A stretch of DNA of 64,000 nt from Diadema antillarum (lineage: Eukaryota). Below the pieces are notes generated by a model. That model ran no database searches. It was given only the letters and a program-made list of their open reading frames with translations, and had not been told where the DNA came from. Below are positions 44,101 through 54,000 of the stretch, one piece after another. The stretch spans positions 3,844,001 through 3,908,000 of the forward strand of contig NW_027271445.1 of the NCBI RefSeq assembly GCF_040938485.1, read 5' to 3'. Position numbers and translations under genes: made by a program. Each line of letters opens with the position of its first letter. Position 1 is the first letter of the stretch.

Positions 44101-46891
44101 AGTTCTTGAGCAGTCAATTTGAATATGCAAACGGCAAAATTAGAATGTCATCCCTTACAACTTGCCATACACACATAGTTTTTTACATGAAATCTTGACA
44201 TTTCTAATTTTTCATTCAAACGCAATTATGCCAAGGCTCAAATCCTTGTATATATAACTGATCACTATTCTGAAGTTATTCAACAAGGAGTAACACCATG
44301 TTTTAGATTTCAATGAAAGAAACATTGAATTTTGCCTTTTTTTTTTTTGGTACACGATCAATGACCAAAATTGGTTATGATTGGTTATGGTTAGATGTTA
44401 TGACATGGTAAGCTCACTCATGTGCATATTAATAACCACTGTACAAGAACTCTTTTGTAGAAATTAGCAAAACTTCAAAATGTCATAACTTCCTGATTTC
44501 TTATCCGAATCCAGTCAAATTTCTACTGTTAAGATTTTACCCTATTAATCAGACTAACTTATATTTTGACAGGATCTCCTTTTTTGAATTCTCTCTAGGA
44601 ATCTCGGGTCTTTAAGTGTATCAGACTTGGCAGTATGAACATAGTAATCAAACCCACATAATATAAGGAGCCCAGTCCCGGTAGCACTACGTAACATGAC
44701 ACACTGTGCAACTTCCCTACAGATCATTGTCTTTAGAGCTGACATTGCAGACCCGGAAGACGATGCAGGCGTGAGTCACGTGACTGATCCTCCCAAACCC
44801 GATGTTGTGAAAAGGGTAAGTTAAGGTGATATCACTGATTATAGTAAAGATAATAATGACATCAAAATAATAATGCTGCTGAAAAAATTAGTTAAAACGC
44901 TCTTTCTTGGAAATAGAGTTTATTAGCCTTCTTCAGATAGGGGATAGCTACAACATGTCATATATTGATAACCTCCTTAGTTATACAGTTCGTTTTTTTC
45001 TCAAGAAAGAGACGCCACCACATAGGTTATATTACGTTAAACATTGAGTCAACATTATACGATTACAACTGAATGCGATGCTATCTGCTCTTCCAATAAG
45101 TTTGAATGATAAGTTCACTTCAATTGTTTGGGTCAATTCTTCACGTTGATTTGACTGGTTCCACCTCAACCGTATTACACACGCACAAAACTCACCTTAA
45201 ACGAACGTTTCGAGTTCACCGTCACTGAACACTTCTCTCGTACAGGTCATGACCTTTCTAACCGACACACTGGCCAGTATCCGTCGTCAGATGGCTAAGA
45301 GAATCCAGTATGATGTATGTTTTGCCTGCCCAAAGTGCGGCAAGAAGAAGACGTTTAAAGAGGGAAGTAAGAAGCGGAGTTTGAGATGTGGTATGCACGT
45401 CATTCCAGTAGCCTCCGTCTGGTCCAAGTTCGGTGAGAAAAATGTGACTCATTCACTCCATGAGCTAGTTGACTTGAATACGATTAATGTGTGTAGCCAA
45501 ACAAACCAAAATGAAATATTACCCTGTATAGAGATTTTATCGACTTATGGATTTTCATATGACCATGCTTTGGAATGTTTCCATTGCATTTCCCTCCTCT
45601 TCTACCTTGAAGTAATCTGTGAGAGAGGACTATGTTAAAGTTGAAATCACCTTTTTTGTTCTTTCTTCATTTCAACATTTTTACTGCGCTTGTGGCTTTC
45701 ATTATTGGTACTGTTGCTATAACTGCTTTACTGCTGTTTAAAAATATTCAGTCTGAGATTTCAACAGACGGGAGAGAAGCATATCGTTTGATTAACCATC
45801 TTGATAACCACGTTTCACTCACTCCCAAATTCCCTACGTAACAATGTTTGTACTTCATGTCTTCTAGGTATGGAACACTCTGGGGCGGTCGTAGGGAGTG
45901 AGAGCCCTCTCGTCTGCAGGAAGAAGAAAGGTACGTTACCTTCACATTATTAGTTGCTATGGTAACGTTTACTTCACTATCTTCTTGTGGAAATGAATGA
46001 TGACGAGAAAGTTCCAGTCATTTACGTATTGACAAAATGTCATGTTTGATAACCAGCTCGATCCAACTGAATATTGAGGTAGAATAAAACTATATAGTGC
46101 TGGAAATGAAATCAACAAACCAATCCCTTACATTTTGTATCTTTAATTCAAATGACTTTATTGTGTCATTACAGCAGCACTGTATCATTGACGGAAAAGT
46201 GTTATGCAATGAATCAGGTTTGAATAGTTTAGCTAATAGGACAGAGACAACTTCTTCCAGAGAAATTGCTACAATGTGAGAAGTGAATCATGCTTTGGTA
46301 CGAAGGACGCATTTCTTCTATGCCAAAATTTTGCAAAGAGATAGCAAGGCTCTGGGATGCGTCACCTGACTAGATGACTTAATTGATTTATGGAAAGTAC
46401 CAAACACATGGAAACACCATAAGAGCAGATCCTACTCTGTGTTTTTTTAATTCTTGTCTTACATGCAATCTGGGAATATTGCAGTCTTCGACCACTTCCA
46501 ACCAATATCAGTCTTTTGTGATTGTTTGCAAATAATGTTACGCCGTGACATCTTCAATCTATTCACAACTGAATCTTTTCTCTTCGCTCGCTTTCCTCCT
46601 GCCTTCCTAGACGTTCTCTGTGAGATGTACTTCAGTGACCTTGCGGAGAAGATTGGCTCTGAGTGGAAGACCCTTGCCTTGAAGTTGGGCCTCAAGAAGG
46701 CTGATCTTGACCACATTACCGAGGAGCATCACGTACCCGTCGATCGCATATTCACTGTGCTGCACACCTGGCGCGAGAGGGCGTCGTGTAGTAACAAGAA
46801 GGAACGGATCGCTGAGCTATGCAAGGGACTTTGTGATTGTGGGCGAACGGACTTATCGGATCGTGTCAAGGAGGATGCAGGAATCAGCTAA
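28692..46891 (+). CDS. ROCO-family protein (disordered N-terminus - Roc GTPase - COR - death domain), 18-exon model, ~1032 aa using the most proximal first exon
   Basis: Hand-spliced join(28692-29139,32098-32362,32608-32738,33754-33818,37287-37353,37843-38081,38803-38904,39038-39238,39952-40065,40895-41029,41566-41787,42230-42424,42986-43118,43526-43683,44723-44815,45246-45432,45868-45930,46611-46891) = 3099 nt. All introns are GT-AG, phases are consistent and there is no internal stop. Roc motifs: GQERVGKTS, ITDGV, WDFAGHDVYYTTHQ, PPIFIVGTHK. COR motifs: LHFYHDLGFIVYF, VILNPQWLIDVF, YYVPSRL. The last exon encodes a death-domain pattern. Confidence 0.88.
29261..29591. mobile_element. MITE inserted in a (TA)n tract
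   Basis: Ends AGACCGATTC / GAATCGGTTT. Internal inverted repeat GGTGTCTCAGCCGACCCCCC / GGGGGGTCGGCTGAGACACC. Confidence 0.65.
29593..29792. mobile_element. Palindromic MITE
   Basis: ATACTCTA...CGAGTGAAAATATTCACTCTTAAAGGAGTGAATAC, with the inverse copy ending ...TAGAGTAT. Confidence 0.7.
30703..30990. mobile_element. MITE
   Basis: 33-bp perfect inverted repeat GAAGAGTTTGTTTGCAAAAACCGATAAGTCCAT at 30727-30759 and 30941-30973. Confidence 0.65.
32098..32362 (+). CDS. ROCO constant exon 2: Roc N-terminus and P-loop (APPEILARG...RLMLVGQERVGKTSLKKSLTG)
   Basis: TTCACAG| acceptor (phase 1), AG|GTCGG donor, GxxxxGKT P-loop. Confidence 0.9.
32608..32738 (+). CDS. ROCO exon 3: Roc switch I (FDENEAITDGVE)
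   Basis: AATATAG| acceptor and |GTGAGG donor, phase 2 to 1. Confidence 0.85.
32778..33620 (+). repeat. HINE-like/tandem-unit interspersed repeat in ROCO intron 3
   Basis: Starts TTTTTGTCTCGCC...CGGCGTCGGCGTC. About five ~150-bp units contain AGCTATGACCACCAAA...GTACAT...AAGGTCAAAGGTCAA. Confidence 0.45.
33754..33818 (+). CDS. ROCO exon 4 (EDSYKQALADAIAKQLIIGSLE)
   Basis: TTTTCTCACAG| acceptor and |GTAGGT donor, phase 1 to 0. Confidence 0.75.
34110..37038. repeat. AAACGTT-rich MITE-like host element interrupted by the Penelope-like element
   Basis: AACGTT-rich sequence on both sides (34110-34369 and 36830-37038). Imperfect TIR CCCAGTTAACA / TGTTTGCTAGG. Confidence 0.45.
34370..36830 (-). mobile_element. 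Decayed Penelope-like retroelement (RT + GIY-YIG) in ROCO intron 4
   Basis: Minus-strand frames give LTNHLAF..RCR (N-terminus, ATG at ~36695), LVSFDVVSLFTSV, LRYIDDTFVIWPH, IKFTMEVE...IPFL, a GIY-YIG remnant (IPCKWGKVY...RLKEHK) and RRIREAIEI. There are many frameshifts. Confidence 0.88.
37287..37353 (+). CDS. ROCO exon 5 (KDQPESQGPDTTDGIGLNPSEM)
   Basis: Pyrimidine tract plus TTTCAG| acceptor, |GTAGGT donor, phase 0 to 1. Confidence 0.7.
37350..37640 (+). repeat. ~21-bp GT-rich minisatellite starting at the exon 5 donor
   Basis: Repeated GTAGTGGGTAGGTGTGTCATG-like units. Confidence 0.8.
37843..38081 (+). CDS. ROCO exon 6: Roc G3 (LSIWDFAGHDVYYTTHQ)
   Basis: CCCATAG| acceptor, CAG|GTTGGT donor, Roc signature WDFAG..YY.THQ. 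Confidence 0.9.
38803..38904 (+). CDS. ROCO exon 7 (VFLSWRAVYVVVFDLS)
   Basis: CTATCAG| acceptor, ATG|GTGGGC donor, typical Roc beta strand. Confidence 0.85.
39038..39238 (+). CDS. ROCO exon 8: Roc G4 (FWLNSI...PPIFIVGTHK)
   Basis: TTCTCAG| acceptor, AAG|GTTAG donor. Confidence 0.88.
39952..40065 (+). CDS. ROCO exon 9 (...YYAVDNS, Roc G5 region)
   Basis: GCCAG| acceptor, GAG|GTGGGA donor, phase 0 to 0. Confidence 0.85.
40895..41029 (+). CDS. ROCO exon 10: Roc-COR junction (IVALREHI...YMGENMPIKYLLFEEAL)
   Basis: TCCCAG| acceptor, CAG|GTATG donor. Confidence 0.85.
41566..41787 (+). CDS. ROCO exon 11: COR-A (LHFYHDLGFIVYF...VILNPQWLIDVF)
   Basis: Strong pyrimidine tract acceptor, AGA|GTAAGA donor, COR signature. 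Confidence 0.9.
42230..42424 (+). CDS. ROCO exon 12: COR (GVLEERLIHHMW...LMAKFDLIC)
   Basis: ATTTAG| acceptor, ATG|GTAAGT donor. Confidence 0.85.
42986..43118 (+). CDS. ROCO exon 13: COR (YYVPSRL...FYVDFRGFLP)
   Basis: CTCACAG| acceptor, G|GTATG donor, phase 0 to 1. Confidence 0.85.
43526..43683 (+). CDS. ROCO exon 14: COR-B (DGLFHRLMTRTVRW)
   Basis: GAAG| acceptor (phase 1), AAG|GTAAAT donor. FLP/DGLFHRL is continuous across the junction. Confidence 0.82.
44723..44815 (+). CDS. ROCO exon 15
   Basis: CCCTACAG| acceptor, AGG|GTAAGT donor, 31 open codons. Confidence 0.72.
45246..45432 (+). CDS. ROCO exon 16: end of COR with CxCxxC...CxxH knuckle
   Basis: GTACAG| acceptor, G|GTGAG donor, sequence VCFACPKC...LRCGMH. 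Confidence 0.8.
45868..45930 (+). CDS. ROCO exon 17 (linker)
   Basis: TTCTAG| acceptor, AAG|GTACG donor, phase 1 to 1. Confidence 0.68.
46611..46891 (+). CDS. ROCO terminal exon 18: death domain, stop at 46889-46891
   Basis: Long pyrimidine tract TTCCTAG|. LAEKIGSEWKTLALKLGL...IFTVLHTWRER...LCDCGRTDL matches the death-fold pattern. Confidence 0.88.
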
Positions 46892-49800
46892 CAGCACGGA
46901 GAACTCCTCACATGACATTATAGGAAGTGCTGCTTCAGATATACTCCACCACAAGCAGCTCTTAATGGTACGGGAGACTTACCCGCCTGGAATTATCGCG
47001 CGTACATATACACATCAGGACCGCGAAGTGGACGTCTTGTCCAGCAGGGGCCCATTGCCCACGTACTAACGGGCTGGAAGAAGTAGGGCTATAAGTCCTG
47101 TCTTGTGCTATCTTAGCCTTATTTGTTTATTACATATTATATTTTTAATGTTGTGTAGCAGAGCGCGTTATTTGGCGCAGGAGACACACAACTAGAGCAA
47201 GAGAAATTCAAATTCAAGCGGATGAGCGGGAGATTTTGAGCAACTGGTCGCAAATCTCACGCCGATCATCCGCTGGAAACAGGAGAGTTTTAGAAATTCT
47301 GCTTCTTTTTGAACCGGCTTTCCCATTATTAGCAAAACTGATACCAACATACCGATGTATCCGTCATGTTTGGCAAGAATTTACATCAACATTTATATTA
47401 CTGAATATAGAGCCATATTTCACCTATCAGTGATATACAGTACATACATTATGTAGTAATTCACCTTGTGTTCTAATACAAACACTGTGGTTAGTCTTTG
47501 ATCAATACATTACTCATGATCAGAAATGCATGTAAAGTAACCTTGAAAAAAGCAAAACAAAACAAACACAGACGTCATGTAAAGCATTGATAACAGACTT
47601 GTCTCTGTAGAACTACATCTGATGGCCTAGCTGCCGTAATGATTTCAATACACATTTGACGATAAGTGTTTAGGAAGGTGATAGTCTTGGCATAGAAAAG
47701 TGTGGAAATTCTACAGTGCACCTTGACTTGGTTGCAAAAAGAGCAATACCCATTCATTGGTCGGTGTGACAGCTTGTCTCACTTGAAGATATAGGTCTTT
47801 TCCTGTATTTATATGTTGGAACTTTACAATAATATGATAATACAGTTGGTTAGCTGAATTATAAGAAATGCAACCCATTAAAAAAAATGATGAAGTTGTT
47901 AGAGATCAAGACCGTCAGACTCGCGCCACAGTGACAGTCACCCGGCCTTGCATTCCTTGAAGATCGTACGTTTCATTGTGACCATTCAGAGACCATAACT
48001 CTGGCGCTTTCGACAGGAGATCTCCCGCCGAAAGGCCATTTTTTTTTTCAAAATCTCCAGTTCTCCGCTTGAGAGATAATTTCTCCCGCCCTGACTCTTT
48101 GTCTCCCGCTTGAAATGATTTCTTACTAGTTGCTATCGTTATGTTAAAAAAAAAGATAAGATAACTTCGCGCTTCGGGCACATCAAGTTGGAGTGTCCCG
48201 TTTGCTAGGGGTTTCAGGCGGGAGAATCTCTAGATCAGAAGGTACGTGGGGTTAGAGTCTCTGCCATTTTACGAGACCAATTTCCTACTATTTCCTACGT
48301 TTAAACACGCCCTAATCAGAGAGGATATCCATAGTATCCTAATGACCTAGATTACCATAATTCAGTCCAATGATAACATAGAAAATCATAAAAAGAAAAT
48401 GAAATGTTTCAGACCCTAAGGACACATGCTATAAAATATGGGACCATTAATATTTCACACCTTTCTTACAGGCATGAGTTCAAGATTGAAAATAAACAAT
48501 TTCTATGAAATACACAAAACATTCAAACTCTCTCCAGATCGTTCTGCAAGTAAATATCCTTGTGTCAATTCGGTCATCAGATTTACACAGGGGATTTTTC
48601 TACTCAACACTCTGCTAAGAGGACCTTAAAGCTAGACAACGTATACTCAAGTACAGTGTTTCATTCAGATATTACCCATATTTAGTGCTAAAACACAAAA
48701 AGCCCCTCTGAATGTTGAGATGAGAACTTCTGACATCCATTTTGGGTGCATTTGAATTTCAAAATTCTACCTCATCAGCCGCAATCATAACGTCTGCCCA
48801 TAACACCGATAAGCCCGATTATTTGTGAATTACCTTTCTTGTTAACATACTTTAGTTTTCTTGGTACAGATATGAGGTAAAGGTTCCAGGGAAAGTTCAC
48901 AGGAGTGATTTTTTGAAGGACTTCATTATTTCAATTTTTCTGCTGTTGGAATTTACTTCAGCTGATATTCGTTCCGATTACTATTCTGATCGGTCTCTTG
49001 TGTGGCACATCTTAAGCAGATTCTAAGGTTGTCATTGACGTAGAAAAAGCGTGTTTAGTTTCTATGCACAACTACGACAATGCATAAATCTTCATTGATA
49101 AAAATGATTCGTATATTATATCAACATACTTCGTACAAAAGTATGCCTTATTGCCATCAGAGAAATTGTATAACTCATGTAAACAGGCTCAAGTATCACA
49201 GTCGATTTGGCCTCATATACAGGCTTTAATAGCCAGACCTGCTGGAATCACGGGGTCAAATTGGTAACATCAGTTAGTGCCGAACAGTACCCCGAACACT
49301 GCCACAGTTTCACTTACCCACAGCACTCCATCAAATGCCAACATTCCATCGTGTGAATGCATTGTACGCGAGTCTCATATAGCTGTGAGATACACCAGAA
49401 TGGTGTCAAGGTAATAAAGAAATCTATGAATGTGATTTTGTTATGTTTCGCATTATTTCAGTAATTAGTGTCATGCTTGAAAAGCGTGAGAGTGAAGGTC
49501 ATGTGTGAGAGAAAGAGAGAGAGACAGAGATAGATGGGGGGGGGGGATGAGAGTGGGAGAGCCAACTAGCTGGAGATAGTGCAGAGTAACAGCTGTGTTT
49601 GATGGGAGGAAGCGGTGATAAACTCGTTTGGAACGACCTACATTCACTACTGGCACCGTGATTGAACGTTTCATTGAAGGGAAAATTCAGTCCAAAAGTT
49701 AGTCTGATAAAGATAAGAAGTGAAATCTTACGAGTTCAAGGGGAAAATTTTGATTGAAATCACATGAAAAATAAGGAAATTAGGAAATTTTGAAGTTTGT

Positions 49801-50870
49801 TGATTTCTGTAAAACAATTCTTGCACAGTGGATATAAATATGCAAATGAGTGAGCTGACCATAAATAACCTCACAATTTTCCATGCATCGTTACGTGTAC
49901 AAAGAAATGACGAAAATTCAATGTTTCTGTCATTGAAGTCTGAAACACGATGTTATTCCTGGACCCCGTTTTATCAAAAGATAAAATCGATTTTAAATGT
50001 CCTTACCACACAGGTTGCCATAGACTTAGAGTTGAAATCAACTTTATAATCAATCTTAACTCTTCATAAAACAGGGCCCAGGTTGACTAACTTCAGAAGA
50101 GTGATCAATTAGATATATCAGGATTTTGAGCCTCGGGCATAATTGCGTTTGGATTAAAAACTGGAAATTTCACAATTTTATGTACAAACTATGTGGCAAG
50201 CTGTGAGGGTTGACATTCTGACTTAGCCATTTGCATATTCATATTGACCGTTCAAGAACTGTTTCCTCAAAAATAATCGAAACTTCAAACTGTCATAATT
50301 TCCTTATTTTTTATCCCATTTCGATTAAAAATTTACTGTTGAACTCATTATATTTGACTCTTTCCCATCAGACATACTCATGTTTGGACTGGATTTCTCC
50401 TATTTAATGGAGGGCAGGATTTGAACCCGGGGTGGGGAAAGGGTCAATAAAACCCCAATCTCCCCCTCTTTATCCTCCCTCCGTTCCATGAGTTGTGATG
50501 AATGTGTGAGTCGTTCCCAATTGTGTCGGTGAACTGTGATTCTAAGCCATATATTGGGAGTATACATGTGTAGATAGTTGAAAAAAAAATATACATATTT
50601 ATAAATATTCATAAAAATTTAAAAGTTTTGTTGCAGTGGCCATAGTCTGATTTATCAATAATGTACAAAATTCTTACAAATTTTCTTTCAATCTTTCCTC
50701 CTTTCTCCCTCTCTCTCTGTTTCATCAATCCTGTATTTTTTTTTTTAAAATGACCCCATATTCTATCCGTGCATTATGTTTCAACACACAATTATTCAGT
50801 CACATTTACTTTCTTGTCTAAGCGCACTGGTCATTGTCTGTAAATCCACTGCAAATTGAACTGTTATTTT

Positions 50871-50873
<3 letters not shown>

Positions 50874-50919
<46 letters not shown>

Positions 50920-50954
50920 ATATACATACATACACTGCACCTCATACATATACA

Positions 50955-50997
<43 letters not shown>

Positions 50998-51062
50998 TGT
51001 ATACCTATAGATACATTTTATACATAAACGTTAATAATGTGTGTGTGTGTGTGTTTGTGTAT
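50874..51062. repeat. (TA)n/(CA)n/(TG)n microsatellite cluster
   Basis: Seen directly. Similar tracts at 58087-58132, 59095-59186 and 63085-63170. Confidence 0.95.
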
Positions 51063-54000
51063 ACGCACACTGTGTAAGCTCTGGAAAGCCCTATTTTGTA
51101 AGATTCCCTAGTACATAGATATCAGGTAAAACACGGAAACACCTGTACAACAAATAAGATAAACAAATATTTCTGTTGACTAACATCCCGTCTAACTATG
51201 CTACTCAACAAACAGCACACGAAACACCACGTGTTAAAAACATGTTCGAATTACTGATAGCCAGCAAAAGAAAAATTCTTGATCATCGCTTTGTGTTCAC
51301 CAGTTCGTCATTTTATTACCAGAAGGAGAGAACAACACGAATTTGAGTATTATTTAGGAGTGGAGGCATTGCTGGACTGTTGGCTGTTCCAGAAGTAGCA
51401 TCGGGTAGTAACGCTCTCGATGCTTGAGTACAGAACAGGTGAGCTGGTGGAGACGTGTACTGGAGATTAGACGCGCGGAACATGTTGAGTGTGCAGCTTT
51501 AGTCTACCGTGAAGCTACAAGTTTGCCTGTAGCTTCATGATTCAACTACCTTTTCCACAGTTTCCTCCTAATCGAAAAAGAAATGGAAAGAAGAAAATAC
51601 AGTTAACGAAGTCAGTTGTCATGGCTGCTAAATTTTGACAAGTAGTCATAAAATGTAAACAAAAGAAATCAATTTTACTCATCGTACTCTCTTGTCTATA
51701 GTAATCACATAATTCGTGGATATTTCAATGTAATTAAGGTTTGTTTCTATTGTTGAAGAAAATTTCTTACGATAATTTCAACCACCGCCTCTCCAACTGT
51801 CTCCACTACGTCGGCTGCGATCTCTAACAGAAACTGTTACAAAAGAGAGAAGATACGTTGTGTTATTAATTATTTTTATTGCATCAATCGTCGAATAAGC
51901 CAGTTGGGAGTTAACTCATGGGCACATTGGTCCGAATGACCCTCCTTTTTTTTTTCTCAGTCGGTTAGGGACACTTCACTCCTTTTAGAGTGACGTAATG
52001 AGTAAGCTTTACGCAACAATCTATGGTATTCATTGATCCTGTTCAAACAAAGAATGAACATGCGTAGACCAGATGGCCAGAATGATCCGTCAATTAACAC
52101 TTAGAAAAGCATCCATTTCATTATTTTGCATTGAATGTATTAACAATCTATTTCTATTGATGTTGCGAAATACTACTTTTGCTGTCAAATGAATGGTGGA
52201 TTTGGTTACAAGCAGCATTTATAAGGATTGCATGAATAATCATTACATCACAGATGCTTAACGCAGTGAACTTAAAAACCAGCATGCCTGTTGGTACAAT
52301 TGATCTTTCTTCTTCTCATGCGCAAAGTGGAAATGCTACGCATCGTTTTGATTCTCATTCCGTTTTCATGTATGTGTATACAATATAAATAAATAAATAA
52401 ATAAATGAATAAATATATATATATATATAGGCCTACACTACGATTTATTCATTTATTTCATTTATTGCAAGTCTTTATACAGATTGGCCTGGTAAGCAGA
52501 AAATATATAAACCGCATAAAATGGACAAACAAATTTCAAAACGATATAAAGTAGACACATATATCAAGAATTTGAATACAATAACTTCATACAGGCATAC
52601 AGATGATGTTACATTATGTATATATGCCGGTATTGCTAGAGGTCTTGGGTCACTATAATAAGAGTTGATATTGAGCTGCCGATATATAAAATTTAATGAA
52701 TTTAGTTGCTCAAAGGGGCCACCTTATAAAGAGGTTAGTGTTGAACCTCAAATATATGCGTATCTGTACAGATATAATGATCATAATATTGGATACTTAC
52801 CCCAATGATGCCCATCCTTCTTATTATCAGTCTGACTTCAAGACCTGTACAAAATAACGGCGCCTGATTTTTGTAGAGACATTATGCATCATGCATAAGC
52901 GCACTAATTGATTTTTTACCTGTGCACTAATGACAACTTTGTACTTCTATATTATTTACAATCTAATTGTCGTAACATGTAAAGATAATAAATACTCTGA
53001 CATTGAATTATCATTGTAACGAAATTGCGAGAAAAAATGACTTTATAATAGCTCACATGGGCTGTTTAGCGAAAGTAAAACATTTTAGTTTTTAAATCGA
53101 ATTTCACATCTTTAGACAGTAAAACCAATCAGAAATAATCACAAATAAACAGCAGGAAATAAATGTTAACAAGAAAAGAAAAACTGTGAGAGAAGGTGTC
53201 TGAAAAACATAACGAATGAGTAAATTGAAAATGCATTGATTGTTTTGTCCCCATCGGAGGGTGCTGAATTCGAATTTGGCTGATGCAACGCTTTCCTTCA
53301 TGAGGATTTTGAGAAATTCAACTTTTGGTGGCCATTTTAGCTGCTATTTTGAAGAGTTGCAGGAGTTGTCTCATCCTTATTCGGATTCAGCATCCTCGAA
53401 ATAGCTTCAAACCATCATATTTTTCTTCAAAATCTATAAGGATTGAAGGATATAATTTATATTCTTGGCAGCTATCTTGAATATCTCAGCGTCCTATAGC
53501 AGAAGCCCAAGTTGCATCATCTAGATTAAAATTCAACTACCTCGATACCATAAGCTTAACCATCGAGAACATATCGACGGACAGAGAAAACTGGGTTCAG
53601 GCTCTGGCACTGAGATGAGGCATAATTCTTCAGAAGTTAAAGTATCGTTAATAAAAAGAACATGGTATCTATAGTTGCAGGCTACAAATGAAACCAGACA
53701 ATCTTTAAGTTTAATTGAACCCTCCTCATTTTAACATGATTTTTCAGTCATTACTTTATTATTTTAATTCTATTTTTATTTATTTATTCATTTTTATTTT
53801 TTTACTTTTGTAGCAATTTCACCTCTATACGGTATAGTCACACACAATTTCCCACAGGCACTATAAATTAGGGGTACTATGATATAGTAAACACGTTTTA
53901 ATCGTAAGGAGAAGTACAGAACACATGTATGATAGCTCAAGAGATGATACGCAAAACGGGTCTTGAAGAAAATGTGCTTACTTACTGAAGAGTTCTGTGA

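Noticed and set aside
53250-53620. Segment with GGTGCTGAAT/ATTCAGCA motifs resembling the Academ arm repeats
   Set aside because: The similarity is too short, and no termini or TSD were identified.
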